Shown one piece after another: positions 26,266 to 37,848 of a stretch of 64,000 nt of DNA. How positions within the stretch are numbered: the stretch's first letter is position 1; each line of letters starts with the position of its first letter. This DNA is from Macrostomum lignano (Eukaryota). Made by a program: the position numbers and the translations under genes. The notes under the pieces are model-generated. The model had not been told where the DNA came from, searched no databases, and was given only the letters and a program-made list of their open reading frames with translations. Location: positions 62,001-126,000 of the forward strand of contig NIVC01000671.1 of the NCBI GenBank assembly GCA_002269645.1, written 5' to 3'.

Positions 26266-26800
26266 CAACCTAATCCGTAAGCCTCTACAACAGAAGCGGA
26301 AAGCGCGCTGAACAGGATCAATAGCGATGTGAGGCTGGAATCGAAGATGCAGAGACAGTAGTCTGGAATAAGCATACAAAAATGAAAGAAACAGGAGCAG
26401 AGAAAAGACGGCCGGTCAATTAATTCATCCATAGCCAGTAAAAACGGAATAGAAAATCAATGCGATGAAGTGCAGATGAAGGCAGGCAGGATCAATCAAA
26501 TCGATAGCAATAGAGGCCTCAGTGGAAGCCCTAGCGACTACATGGGACTTATTGCAGATCGCGCTGATAGAAATTATGTTTTTAATTAATCACAGTTATA
26601 AAAAAAGTCACGCGAATCCGCTACTATGACTCATAGTAGTGAGTGAAGCCACAGGTTTGGCAGTCAATGGCAGATCGATGGGTCGCATACTCGTATCTGA
26701 GTGTAAAAATCAATACAGAATCTGAATAACAACAGGACTGCCAAGGGTGATCAGAGAGCCGTCATAACTTTAACGTTCACAAATCCCATCACTGCCGGGC

Positions 26801-26980
26801 TCAGTGCGCAGAGGCGGCCGTCGCTGCCGCGGAGGTGACGGGCGTCTCGACACAGGCGCAGGCGGTCGGATTGACCGAGTCGTCGGCGGGGGACAGCGGG
26901 GAGTTCAGGAACGGCTGCAGGTGGATCTGCGAGTGCGGGGGACAGGGGCGACGCATTTAACTGAGTGACACTGAATGAGT

Positions 26981-27025
<45 letters not shown>

Positions 27026-27045
27026 TGAACTGACACTGAATGAGT

Positions 27046-27082
<37 letters not shown>

Positions 27083-27102
27083 TGAACTGACACTGAATGA
27101 GT

Positions 27103-27143
<41 letters not shown>

Positions 27144-27163
27144 TGAACTGACACTGAATGAGT

Positions 27164-27206
<43 letters not shown>

Positions 27207-27296
27207 TGAACTGACACTGAATGAGTGACACACACACACGATGAACTGACACTGAATGAGTGACACACACACACGATGAACTGACACTGAATGAGT

Positions 27297-27337
<41 letters not shown>

Positions 27338-27357
27338 TGAACTGACACTGAATGAGT

Positions 27358-27394
<37 letters not shown>

Positions 27395-27414
27395 TGAACT
27401 GACACTGAATGAGT

Positions 27415-27449
<35 letters not shown>

Positions 27450-27539
27450 TGAACTGACACTGAATGAGTGACACACACACACGATGAACTGACACTGAAT
27501 GAGTGACACACACACACGATGAACTGACACTGAATGAGT

Positions 27540-27576
<37 letters not shown>

Positions 27577-29911
27577 TGAACTGACACTGAATGAGTGACA
27601 CACACACACGATGAACTGACACTGAATGAGTGACACACACACACGATGAACTGACGCTGAATGAGTGACACACACACACACACGATGAACTGACACTGAA
27701 TGAGTGACACACACACACACGATGAACTGACACTGAATGAGTGACGCACTGTACCCACCTGTAGGTGCAGGTTAACCTCGCTAGCCCGGCTAAGGTAGGG
27801 AAAATTCCCCCACTCTTGAGATGGGCCCGCTTGGCATCCGGGTAGCACTTGTAGGTCTCCTCGCGTACCCGGGATGTCAGCGCGTTGTCGTCGAACACCT
27901 AGCAAAGCAAACGACATTTTGATGCTCAGATGTGCACAAGTCATGCTACTAATAAACTTGTTAGTAGTAAGCAAAGAATAAGCCCGCCCTGTCTCTCACA
28001 TCAATCAGAGTCACGGGCAAGCCCTGCAGCTTGTGCGGCTCAACATAGTCATCCTGGCAGTTGAGGGTGAGCCGGCTGGCCAGCTGCTGCTGGCTCAGGC
28101 TGTGCAGCGAGTGGTTCAGGAACAGCATGGAGTCCGCGATCTCCCGGTCCCGAGAGCTGATGCTGTCAAGGTTGTGCATCACCGTTGAGCGGAGCACTAC
28201 AGCTGGCAGCAGCCAGAAGCTGTGGGATTGGGGATAACAACAGAAGGCTTACTGCCTCCGCAGTACTGTGGAGCAGCTGATTCCCCTCCCCAGCAGCAGC
28301 AGCACTGTGGAGCAGCTGATTCCCCCCCAGCAGCAGCAGCACTGTGGAGCAGCTGATTCCCCCCAGCAGCAGCAGCACTGTGGAGCAGCTGATTCCCCCT
28401 CCCCAGCAGCAGCAGCACTGTGGAGCAGCTGATTCCCCCCCCCAGCAGCAGCAGCACTGTGGAGCAGCTGATTCCCCCCCCCCAGCAGCAGCAGCACTGT
28501 GGAGCAGCTGATTCCCCCCCCCAGCAGCAGCAGCACTGTGGAGCAGCTGATTCCCCCCCAGCAGCAGCAGCACTGTGGAGCAGCTGATTCCCCCCCCAGC
28601 AGCAGCAGCACTGTGGAGCAGCTGATTCCCCCCCCAGCAGCAGCAGCACTGTGGAGCAGCTGATTCCCCCCCCAGCAGCAGCAGCACTGTGGAGCAGCTG
28701 ATTCCCCCCCCCAGCAGCAGCAGCACTGTGGAGCAGCTGATTCCCCCCAGCAGCGCTGTAGAGCCTACTCAACCCTACTCACGACTTAACGGAATTAGTC
28801 TGCTGAAAGATGGACGTCTCCACGAAGGAGTTGCAGAGCACCAGGGAGGCAACCCGCCTGGCCCGGCCGTGCTCCTGTTCGGCGAACTTCTGCGCCAGGA
28901 AGCCGCCCAGGCTGGCGCCGAAGATGTGGACTCGCGCCAGGCTCAGGTGGTCCAGCAGCCGCTGGAAGCTGAGACACCAGTCCCCGAGGCTCCACACCAC
29001 CGGGTAGTCCAGGGCGATGACGCGAAAGCCAAAACTAGTGAGGTAAAGCACCTGGCGAAAGAAGACCTGCGGCGGAACGAGGATGAGTTCATGTTGAGCT
29101 GGGATGGGTAGCAACTGCAGGGCAGCCTCCGATGCAGGCCTAGTTTTGAGCGTCAAACTTCATCTCTCAAACACTTCAGCAGTACGAGTAAATATCACAG
29201 CTGTCTGGGGCGATTCTCACAGCTGTCTAGGGGCGATTTTCACAGCTGTCTAGAGGCGATTCTCACAGCTGTTAAGGGGCGATTCTCACAGCTGTCTGGG
29301 GCGATTCTCACAGCTGTCTGGGGCGATTCTCACAGCTGTCTAGGGGCGATTCTCACAGCTGTCTAGGGGCGATTCTCACAGCTGTCTAGGGGCGATTCTC
29401 ACAGCTGTCTAGGGGCGATTCTCACAGCTGTCTAGGGGCGATTCTCACAGCTGTCTAGGGGCGATTCTCACAGCTGTCTAGGGGCGATTCTCACAGCTGT
29501 CTAGGGGCGATTCTCACAGCTGTCTAGGGGCGATTCTCACAGCTGTCTAGGGGCGATCTCACAGCTGGTTAGGGCAATTCAGACCAGCTTTTCAAGTAGG
29601 ATTTTAAGCTGCAATTATTAGGGTTAGGGTTAGGGTTTATTGCAATTTCGGGAGGCTCACGAGAGACCTAAGAGACCATGAGGTACCTCGGCGGTGCCGG
29701 AGCAGGGCGGCAGGCACACCAGCGGGCAGCGCACGTGCCGCGGCCCGGCATCGTACATGCTCCACTCCAGCGAGTCGTCATCGTCCACCACCACGCGGCG
29801 GTGAGCGACGGCGCTGCGGAAGCCCAGGTACTCCTCGGAGCGGAGGATGCCGCACGAGGCAGCAGCCGCCGCAGCAGCCGAAGCGGTAGATGCCGAGTTG
29901 GCGGAAGACAT
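26801..29911 (-). CDS. SPG21: Maspardin (alpha/beta-hydrolase fold), five exons (29911-29687, 29066-28783, 28219-28000, 27898-27759, 26926-26801)
   Basis: [79 protein letters not shown]. Exon 4 needs one extra G in the G-run at 27807-27811 to stay in frame. Confidence 0.95.
26965..27745 (+). repeat. Compound repeat: variable (CA)n plus constant CGATGAACTGACACTGAATGAGTGA, filling SPG21 intron 4
   Basis: About 20 units with varying CA tract length. Confidence 0.97.
28265..28752 (+). repeat. ~38-bp minisatellite in SPG21 intron 2
   Basis: CTGTGGAGCAGCTGATT(C)nCAGCAGCAGCAGCA, ~13 copies. Confidence 0.95.
29208..29570 (+). repeat. 23-bp minisatellite in SPG21 intron 1
   Basis: GGGCGATTCTCACAGCTGTCTAG, ~16 copies; (TTAGGG)3 follows at 29618-29635. 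Confidence 0.95.
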
Positions 29912-30453
29912 GCTGGAATGAAAAAGCAGCAGTTATAACTCAATATCAGCATTCAGATATCTGCGGGAGATCCCCGAGCCTCCCAGTCCCCCCTCCAATG
30001 GGTTCGTCGTGATTGAAAATAAACAAGACCAGACCGCTTAGATAGCACACTACGTAATTGTTAATTTTTTCACTGAATAGCCTACTGCAAGTAGCAACGA
30101 TGGCATTTTCATATTACAAATGAGTACAGCAGATAGGCTAGGAAACCGTGGGAAATGTACAAGTGCAGGAAAGTGAGTGCAAAAGTAACAACCTGGCCCA
30201 AAAATATTAAAAGGCCAACTACCGGTACTTAGCATGATATAAGTTGCTTAACAGCTCACCAAAAATATTGAATAATACTACATTTTAATATTCATGACAT
30301 TTCAGAAATAAGCATAACAAAATGTTCGACTAATTGGAGCAGGTGAGACCGTTCCAAATTGACTAGTGGACGAGTTTCCCCGAAACACCACAACACCTTC
30401 AAGTGTTACCTGTGAATCAGTTTAACGGAGATAAATCGCATAGTAAACATGCT

Positions 30454-30660
30454 ACTTCCGGTAATCATAATGGAAAACTATGTTGGGAATCAACTGACTA
30501 CTTCCGGTATCTCACTACAGACTTGAGAACCACTGACTACTTCCGGTATCTTCACTACAGACTGGGAAATACACTACTTCCAGTATCTTACTACACAGAC
30601 TAAGCTGGATACTTCCGGTATCTCACTACACAGGTCAGAAAATTCACAGGCACTTCCGGT
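30454..30660. promoter_or_regulatory. Cluster of six ETS-type ACTTCCGG motifs upstream of SPG21
   Basis: ACTTCCGG at 30454, 30500, 30539, 30611 and 30652, ACTTCCAG at 30576, within a degenerate ~38-bp repeat 540-750 bp upstream of the SPG21 ATG. Confidence 0.5.
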
Positions 30661-30774
30661 CAACAAAAAAAGCTTGAATGCATCACGAGCTCTCCAGCTA
30701 GCTTGAGCGGCTGTCCAAGGCGGCCAGACCGGCGGCAGCGCTCAGCCAATTAGCGATCAGCAGCGCTCAGCCAA

Positions 30775-31443
30775 TCAGCGGCCAGCAGGGCTCAGCCAAT
30801 CAGCGGCCAGCAGGGTCAGCACGTAGGCGGCGCCCAGGCAGACCACAAAGCACAGGCAGCCAAGCATGCGGGCCAGCAGTACAGCGTAGGGCCGGAGATC
30901 CGGGCGCAGCCAGGCCAGGAAGTACAGCACCTGGCTGAGCAGGCCGGGGCAGAAGCACTCCAGCGAGGCCAGGTGGCAGGTCATGGTGACGGCGATGTGC
31001 AGCAGGTTCACGGCTAGGAAGGCCGGCCACAGCGAGTCGGCCAGCGGCGTCACGCCCACGTAGCGCTTATCAGCCCACAGCAACAGCCCGGCAACCAGCG
31101 TGACCACAGTGAAGCCCACGTGGACGCGGCGCGGCGAGGCCGAGAAGCTGGCGACTAGCGACATCGACGGCGCAGTCGAAGACGCCAAAGACGATAGTGG
31201 CGGCGGCGGCGGCTGCGCTGACGGTGGCGACTGTTCCGAGTGTTCGGTTAAGCTCGGCAGGTCGGAGGGGTCGCCGCGCTTGGCCTCAACGCCTTCGATG
31301 CGGCGCAAGCGGCTCTCAGCGCCGGACAGGATGCGCTCGGCCCGCCTGCGCCGGCGCAGCTCGGCCTCTGATTGGTCGGCTGCCTCCGCCGCTGCCTGAT
31401 CAGCTGCTGATTGGCTGCTCACTGGTTGACTAGTAGCACTCAT
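30775..31443 (-). CDS. GET2/CAML-like tail-anchored-protein insertase subunit, single coding exon
   Basis: Basic motif AELRRRRRAERILSGAESRLRRIEG resembles the Get2/CAML Get3-binding helix; about three C-terminal hydrophobic helices. ATG at 31443 follows CCCCAG|CTGTA. Confidence 0.65.
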   Translation of the reverse strand: MSATSQPVSSQSAADQAAAEAADQSEAELRRRRRAERILSGAESRLRRIEGVEAKRGDPSDLPSLTEHSEQSPPSAQPPPPPLSSLASSTAPSMSLVASFSASPRRVHVGFTVVTLVAGLLLWADKRYVGVTPLADSLWPAFLAVNLLHIAVTMTCHLASLECFCPGLLSQVLYFLAWLRPDLRPYAVLLARMLGCLCFVVCLGAAYVLTLLAADWLSPAGR

Positions 31444-31549
31444 TACAGCTGGGGCGGTGAGGATATCGGAAAAATTATAATTCCAATATACAAACTTAAC
31501 GTCAGCGCCAACCCCAATGGCAACCAAAGTGGAAAGCCTAAACTCAAAT

Positions 31550-32170
31550 GGCAACTCAATGGCAAGCCCAATGACTCGATGGCAACCCCAAACCCAAATG
31601 GCAACTCAATGGCAAGCCCAATGACTCGATGGCAACCCCAAACCCAAATGGCAACTCAATGGCAACCCCAATGACTCGATGGCAACCCCAATGACTCGAT
31701 GGCTACCCCAATGACTCGATGGCTACCCCAATGACTCGATGGCAACCCCAATGACTCGATGGCAACCCCAATGACTCGATGGCAACCCCAATGACTCGAT
31801 GGCAACCCCAATGACTCGATGGCTACCCCAATGACTCGATGGCTACCCCAATGACTCGATGGCAACCCCAATGACTCGATGGCAACCCCAATGACTCGAT
31901 GGCAACCCCAATGACTCGATGGCAACCCCAATGACTCGATGGCAACCCCAATGACTCGATGGCAACCCCAATGACTCGATGGCAACCCCAATGACTCGAT
32001 GGCAACCCCAATGACTCGATGGCTACCCCAATGACTCGATGGCAACCCCAATGACTCGATGGCTACCCCAATGACTCGATGGCAACCCCAATGACTCGAT
32101 GGCTACCCCAATGACTCGATGGCAACCCCAATGACTCGATGGCAACCCCAATGACTCGATGGCAAGCCCA
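31550..32170 (+). repeat. 20-bp minisatellite (GGCAACCCCAATGACTCGAT)
   Basis: About 28 copies. Confidence 0.97.
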
Positions 32171-33409
32171 ATTGGAGGCATGAAGAAGCACGCACAGTTG
32201 TGGCACAAGAGTCAAGAGTGCATGTCCAGGGCTGAGAGTAGCCCTTAGCAGTTGAAAACTTGTGCAAATCTTGGTTAAAATGGGATCAGTTAGAGCAAAA
32301 AATGCACTAAGCCTATAAAATTCTGGAAACCAGGAACAAATAGCATCTGACTCTAAAATAATAACTATTTATGTTAAATTTTATAGATAACCAGAAGAAT
32401 ATCAAGCTACCAATTAAAGGTGTGAACCATTTCAACAATCAACAAGCAAAAGACATGTTACCACATTGGCTTATCCTTTCTGGCCCATGCCATTTATACT
32501 CATTACTCAAGATCAACCTTGGGTATACCAATGACTGTTTAGGCCACCTCAGCACTTTCTTTGAGATCCTGCAAATTGCCTAACATGCTCTAGACTAGTT
32601 GTCAATTGAATTTGTTTTTTAATGATATTAGGATACATTGAAATACATTTGACAAATTATATGCTATTAGCAATTGTGGTAAATATAAAAATATACATTT
32701 TCCAACTCAATGCTCTAAGTCAACCAATATCTAGAATTTAGTGCATGTTTATAGGTTTCCAAAAAATACTTTAATAAGATCTGGTCATTTTTCCCATATA
32801 CTAGAAATAAAACAGCAAAATGCTTCATATATACTATTTAAAAAAGTAAGTTATATGAATAATATAGGCATTAATGAAATATATATCAATTGCTATTTTG
32901 GGGTTTTTTAAATAATCAATTTAAAACACTTATGGAACAAACTTTAAAAGCTATAAATATTCTTGCTAGGCATCTAGAGAAATGGCACAAGTGCAGTGCT
33001 GGGCAAGTTAATCAATTTTTTTAACTCGTTAAAAGTTAAAAAGTTAATTTAATTGCTCCAAAAAAATTAACTGTAACTAGTTAATTATTTAACTTTTGCC
33101 CAAAATTTAACTTCCGAAAAGTTAAAAGTTAAAGTTAATAATTCTCTAACGGAAAAAGTGACATTTTCCCAGACATGCGTCCGGCGCGTTTTTTAAATTT
33201 CAGGTCGGCGCGGCGCGGCTGTGGCCAGGTCGCGGTGCGGCGCGGCGCGCGGTGGCGCGACGCAGCGCAGAAGGTCGTGAGGCGGCGCGGGAAGTCGCGC
33301 GGCGGCGCAACATGGCGCAGTATGGTGCAACGCGACAAGGAAATATCTATGCAGCGCGACGCGGAGCAGCGCAGCAGGGAAGGCAGAATTACAACTACAT
33401 GTATACAAC

Positions 33410-34490
33410 TAGGGATGTCGACCCCGGGGAGGGCTCCCCGGGGCCCCGGGGAGCTTGTCGGGGAATACTCCCCGGGGAATTAGACCGGGGACCTCGGGGA
33501 GAAAAAAGCATTTTTAACTAAATTTTTGCCATTTAAATAAGAAAATCATTCACAGAAAGCTGATTGAAACTCTGTCTATGCTTTTTTTACCGCAAAACTG
33601 CTTATTCCTATGTATTATTTCAAACACAACACACGTTTGAATGGGGGGGGGGGGTTCATAAGACCGAAATTTCACAACGCCGAAACACCACACTTCACAA
33701 GACCGAAACTTCATAAGATCGAAATTTCACATCGTAGAAAACCTTACAATAAGGATTGTATTGCATGCAGAATTTTCGGCGTTGTGAAATTTCGGTCTTA
33801 TGAAGTTTCGGTCTTGTGAAGGGTAGTGCTTTTCGGCGTTGTGAAATTTCGGTCTTATGAAAGCGACCCGTTTGAATGTTTTTTTCACTATGAGTCTTTC
33901 AATCAAGCAAATTGAACGTACAAGCGTAGAAACCCGTCAGGAAAAAGAAGCCTTACTGACTATTGTGTTGGTCTGCGTTGATGGCTTGACGCATTTGACG
34001 CAGGCACAGCGCTATATCCTGCATCAGTCACTGACGCATAGGGGGTGTCATACAATAACAAAATACTCCCTATTAGACAGGACAAAATTGTGATTTACAT
34101 GTATCTGCAAGAAATTAAAATTCCTATTATAAAAACAGTCTCATTCATTAATTATCCTCCCTCGAGTGCAGCTGCTGAGTATGCATTTTCCGCCTCCGGA
34201 GTCTGGACCCTTTCTGATAAAGGTGCGCGCACGATTTGGTGATGCCACGTTGTCAAATACAGTTTTAAACAAACATTGCCTTAAGTTTTTACCCTTGCGC
34301 CTTGAACATGTAGTCCATCCAAAGCTTTAATCAAAGTTTAAGAAATGCCACTTAGTGACTTAAGATCTAAGTTATCCGCCGTTTTTTACTTATTTTTTCC
34401 CCGGAGTCCCCGGGGTCCCCGGGGAATGACAGTAAATTACCCGGGTCCCCGATAAGAAAATTCCCCGGGGAATCGACATCCGAATCGACT
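33410..34490 (+). mobile_element. Nested hAT-like deletion derivative with CCCCGGGG subterminal repeats
   Basis: Left end TAGGGATGTCGA, right end TCGACATCCG, CCCCGGGG clusters at both ends, and a remnant hATC motif PPSSAAAEYAFSASG near 34155-34200. No clear TSD. Confidence 0.6.
33643..33869. mobile_element. MITE (Mutator-like or other superfamily), ~227 bp, internally repeated TIRs
   Basis: Perfect 31-bp inverted repeat TTCATAAGACCGAAATTTCACAACGCCGAAA; flanking direct repeat GTTTGAAT(G) at 33635 and 33870 (8-9-bp TSD). Confidence 0.85.
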
Positions 34491-37400
34491 TCTAGTAGTC
34501 CTTGGGTAGAATATCAATAGATAATAGTTGAAGATTCCAGAATCTTCCGGAATATTCTATACATGATAACGTGTAACTGAAATAATATACATGTAATAGT
34601 TTGTGACGCGTTAAATAATGCTTAGAAAGGCGAAGTTATTTATGTATGTATTAATTTTACTTTTTAATGGCATACAAGCTGTTGAAACCCGCGGATTTTG
34701 AACCCGGGGAACTCTATTTCCCGGAGATATTAACTTTTGTCATTTAACTTTAACTTACAGAAAAAAATTAATGATTTTTGTTAACTAGTTAATACATAAA
34801 AAATTTAACGAAAATTTAACGATTTTTAAAAAAATTTAACTAGTTAATTAACTAGTTAAACAATTAACTAGTTAACGCCCAGCACTGCACAAGTGTATAG
34901 GCCTAAAGACAAGGCAAATATCAAGAAAAATATTGGATTATTAAAAAAGAATTATGAAATAGAAACAAAGTAAGAAAATATATCACTTTGATAAGCTTTT
35001 ATTGATTTGCCAGTGCCTATATAAGAGCAAATAAAAAAAGATGTGGAAACCTTATTAAATAGGCCTATACAATAGTATAAGAAAACTTGGATCCTAGGTG
35101 CATAGCTATAAAATTAGGGCTAGTCCTAAAGAAATATATTTTTATAATTATCTTAACTTTTAAACTTTTATAACTCTGAAAAAAGTAAACATAGGCCTAA
35201 GCTTTTATGCAATTTTAATTCAATTGTTTTATAGTGAACTACTAAATTAGTTTTAGTTATTAGATCTACTACTCTCCCAGTTAGCAAATTCTTTTGCCTT
35301 TGCTTTTAAGTTTGACTTACTATTTGCCACTAGGTATAGCTCCTTTTATTATATGCCTGTCTTATATGGCACTTATGTGTAGCCTAGCCTTCTTGTCACC
35401 ATGTTGTTTACTCTTTTGCCTAGGCCTATCTTGTCTATTTTTTTACTTATAACTATTGGTCATCTTTGCTTATACTTGTTTTTTCTTGGTACTTGCCTTT
35501 TGTCTAGTGGCCACTAGCTATTGAGAGTTTAAGTTTTTTTATTAATAGCTCAATTTTTTGTTTATCATATGAATATGATCTTGTCATGGCTCATTTTTGA
35601 ATGGAAAAAGTCATACTTTCATGCCATGGCCCATTGCCTTAAGACATAACAATAGCTAAAAATAGATATTATATTATTAATATATAATTTATATATTAGG
35701 CCTAGTTTCTTATTTTATATCTTGCTTTACATTGGCTTTTTGCTTTTTAGCTATAGAATAAATAAACCTATTGCCTCGTAGTATAAGTATAACTAGTAAT
35801 AACTAATAACTATACCTATACTCTATAGCTATTGTTGGCAAATAAAATCATTTAACATTTTGTTTAGTTTAACCATTTTATTCTCATTTATTATATCTCT
35901 TATCATATCTTTTATTTACTATTTTATATATTTATTGTTTATTCATAAGCTTGTGCTTAGGCACATAGAGTTGGTTCTCATGGCACCAGAGGCGCAACCA
36001 AAAAATCGGTGAGGCCAAAGGCTTAAAGAAACCTATATACTAAATCAAGACATTTGGCTTTGGGTAAGGGGCTTGGGGGTCTGATTAACATTTTTTCATG
36101 TTTACCGAGTCTCCTCCTTGGTTGTACCAATGATCAATACTGCTTATGACTGTCTTCTGACAGTCTAGTTGAAATCAAGTTGGGTATAATATAACGACAT
36201 GTTGGATTAAATCTCAGTTGGCTGAAGTCGACCGACAAATTTCTTAGAAAATAAACTGGTCGAAATCAACTTAAAAATCACGGGTAGAACAAAAGCCACG
36301 CTTTTAAAATATGTTATTCACAACTAATTTTTTAAAGATATAGCTTATATTAGTTCCCATTATTTATGTGCATCAAATCAGTATAAACAGTAAATTTTGT
36401 CATTAATTTTGGCACAATATGTCCTGAAGACCCTTTGCGCCGATGAGCAGTGGCAAGTGTAGAATTGAGCAATGAATGAGTTGGGAAAGGTTTCAATCGA
36501 ATGAATTCGTACAACTCAGTACAAGTATAGTAAAGTGAGTTAGCCAGACAAAAACTGATACCACCTTAACATTTACAAACTAACCTAATTCTTGACAGCA
36601 GTGGAAGACAGTGATCTAAGAGACAGTGCCTTATGAACGCATTTAAGGTATATGAACAAATTTCGTGCACAAAACATATGCATGGTCTCGGTGGAGCATT
36701 TCTGGCTTTAGAATGAGACCATAATTTAATGAAAGTTATATATACTCCCAAAATACATTTAAACTACTTTAAGGGCCGCTAAAGAACAGTTAAACTCTCC
36801 ACGGAAATGAATTTGAGAGTCGAAAACTTATATCTACAGAAATTCGCTGACTGTCAAGCAACGGAACTATAAGGCGATGCCAGCTGTTCGTTCTACCTCG
36901 GTGGTAGGGCTGGCCGACGTCTGCCAGGACCCGCTGCATCGCCGCAGGCTTGCTCGGGATGTAATTTCGCTCTGTGAGAGCGAGCCCTAGCTGCAGTCCA
37001 AAGCCCAAACAGCAAGTTGAGGCGGTGTGGTGCATGGCCTGGTCCGAATGCCGATGGTGTTGCTGGCAGGCCACATCATTCGCGCCGAGTCGTCGCTCTG
37101 TCCGCAGCCGATGCAAGAGACTGCTGCAACCGTCGTGGTCAGTCGCGCAATCGGCGTTTCGTCCACTGACACGGGCGACCAGGATTTAGTTGGCGACGCG
37201 GCCTATGTTCCTGCTGAGCCTTGACGCGTCCCTTTGAGGGGCCTTGAGGCAAAACGCTGATGATTGTATCAACTGACAGCGTATTTTGTTGTAGTTCTAT
37301 CGCTTAATAGAGACCTAGATGTATTTAAATGAAAAATTATCTTTCCATTTCAAGGGGGATCAGTTGAACCTTGGAGAAATCCTGGATCCTCCTCTGAACT

Positions 37401-37848
37401 ACGTCAGCAAGCCAGTCTGCAAGCTGGTCAGATGGTCAGTGATCATTATAAACACCAAAATACTCTGTATCTTCATATCTTCATATCTTCATGGCATGAA
37501 CACTAAATTAAAAATACTCTCAGTGTAAAAATAACAGTTTGCTAAATCATGCCAGCTTAAGCGCATGAATCAGTCACCGAAAAGCGAGTTCAGCACTTTT
37601 CAAAGTTGGCTGCACCCATTTCTCTCACAGAGACCGAATTCTACGAGCCTTACACAATTGCAGCAGATCCAAAACTTCGTAAAAAGCACGATCGCTATTC
37701 AAAGCAATTTTCCGCAGCAAAAGCGTATTCGCGTGCAGATAAGCGTCACCACATGCCGATCTTCCCATCCAGCATGACGATTTTGACTGCATAAATTCGT
37801 GAGCACTGAGGAAGACGAAACAAGCCTAAGTGAAGACCAGCACAAACC

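Larger units (their letters stand above)
32994..34887. mobile_element. Non-autonomous hAT-type element with TTAAC-rich subterminal repeats
   Basis: TIR CAGTGCTGGGC at both ends; 8-bp TSD CACAAGTG at 32986-32993 and 34888-34895. Confidence 0.92.

Noticed and set aside
22876-26311. Gly-rich silk- or collagen-like ORFs
   Set aside because: Products of 23-bp and 19-bp satellites, open in several frames; one is antisense within a DCAF7 intron.
26751-28772. Cys/Val-rich and Ala/Gly-rich ORFs
   Set aside because: Translations of (CA)n compound and 38-bp repeats inside SPG21 introns.
37250-37290. Hammerhead ribozyme or C/D snoRNA suggested by CTGATGA...CTGA in a hairpin
   Set aside because: No GAAA core with three stems, and the C-to-D distance is far too short.
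35987-37396. Another hAT element bounded by CAGAGGCGCAACCA and CCTGGATCCTCCTCTG
   Set aside because: Ends match poorly and the flanks (CATGGCAC vs AACTACGT) give no TSD; probably unrelated solo ends.
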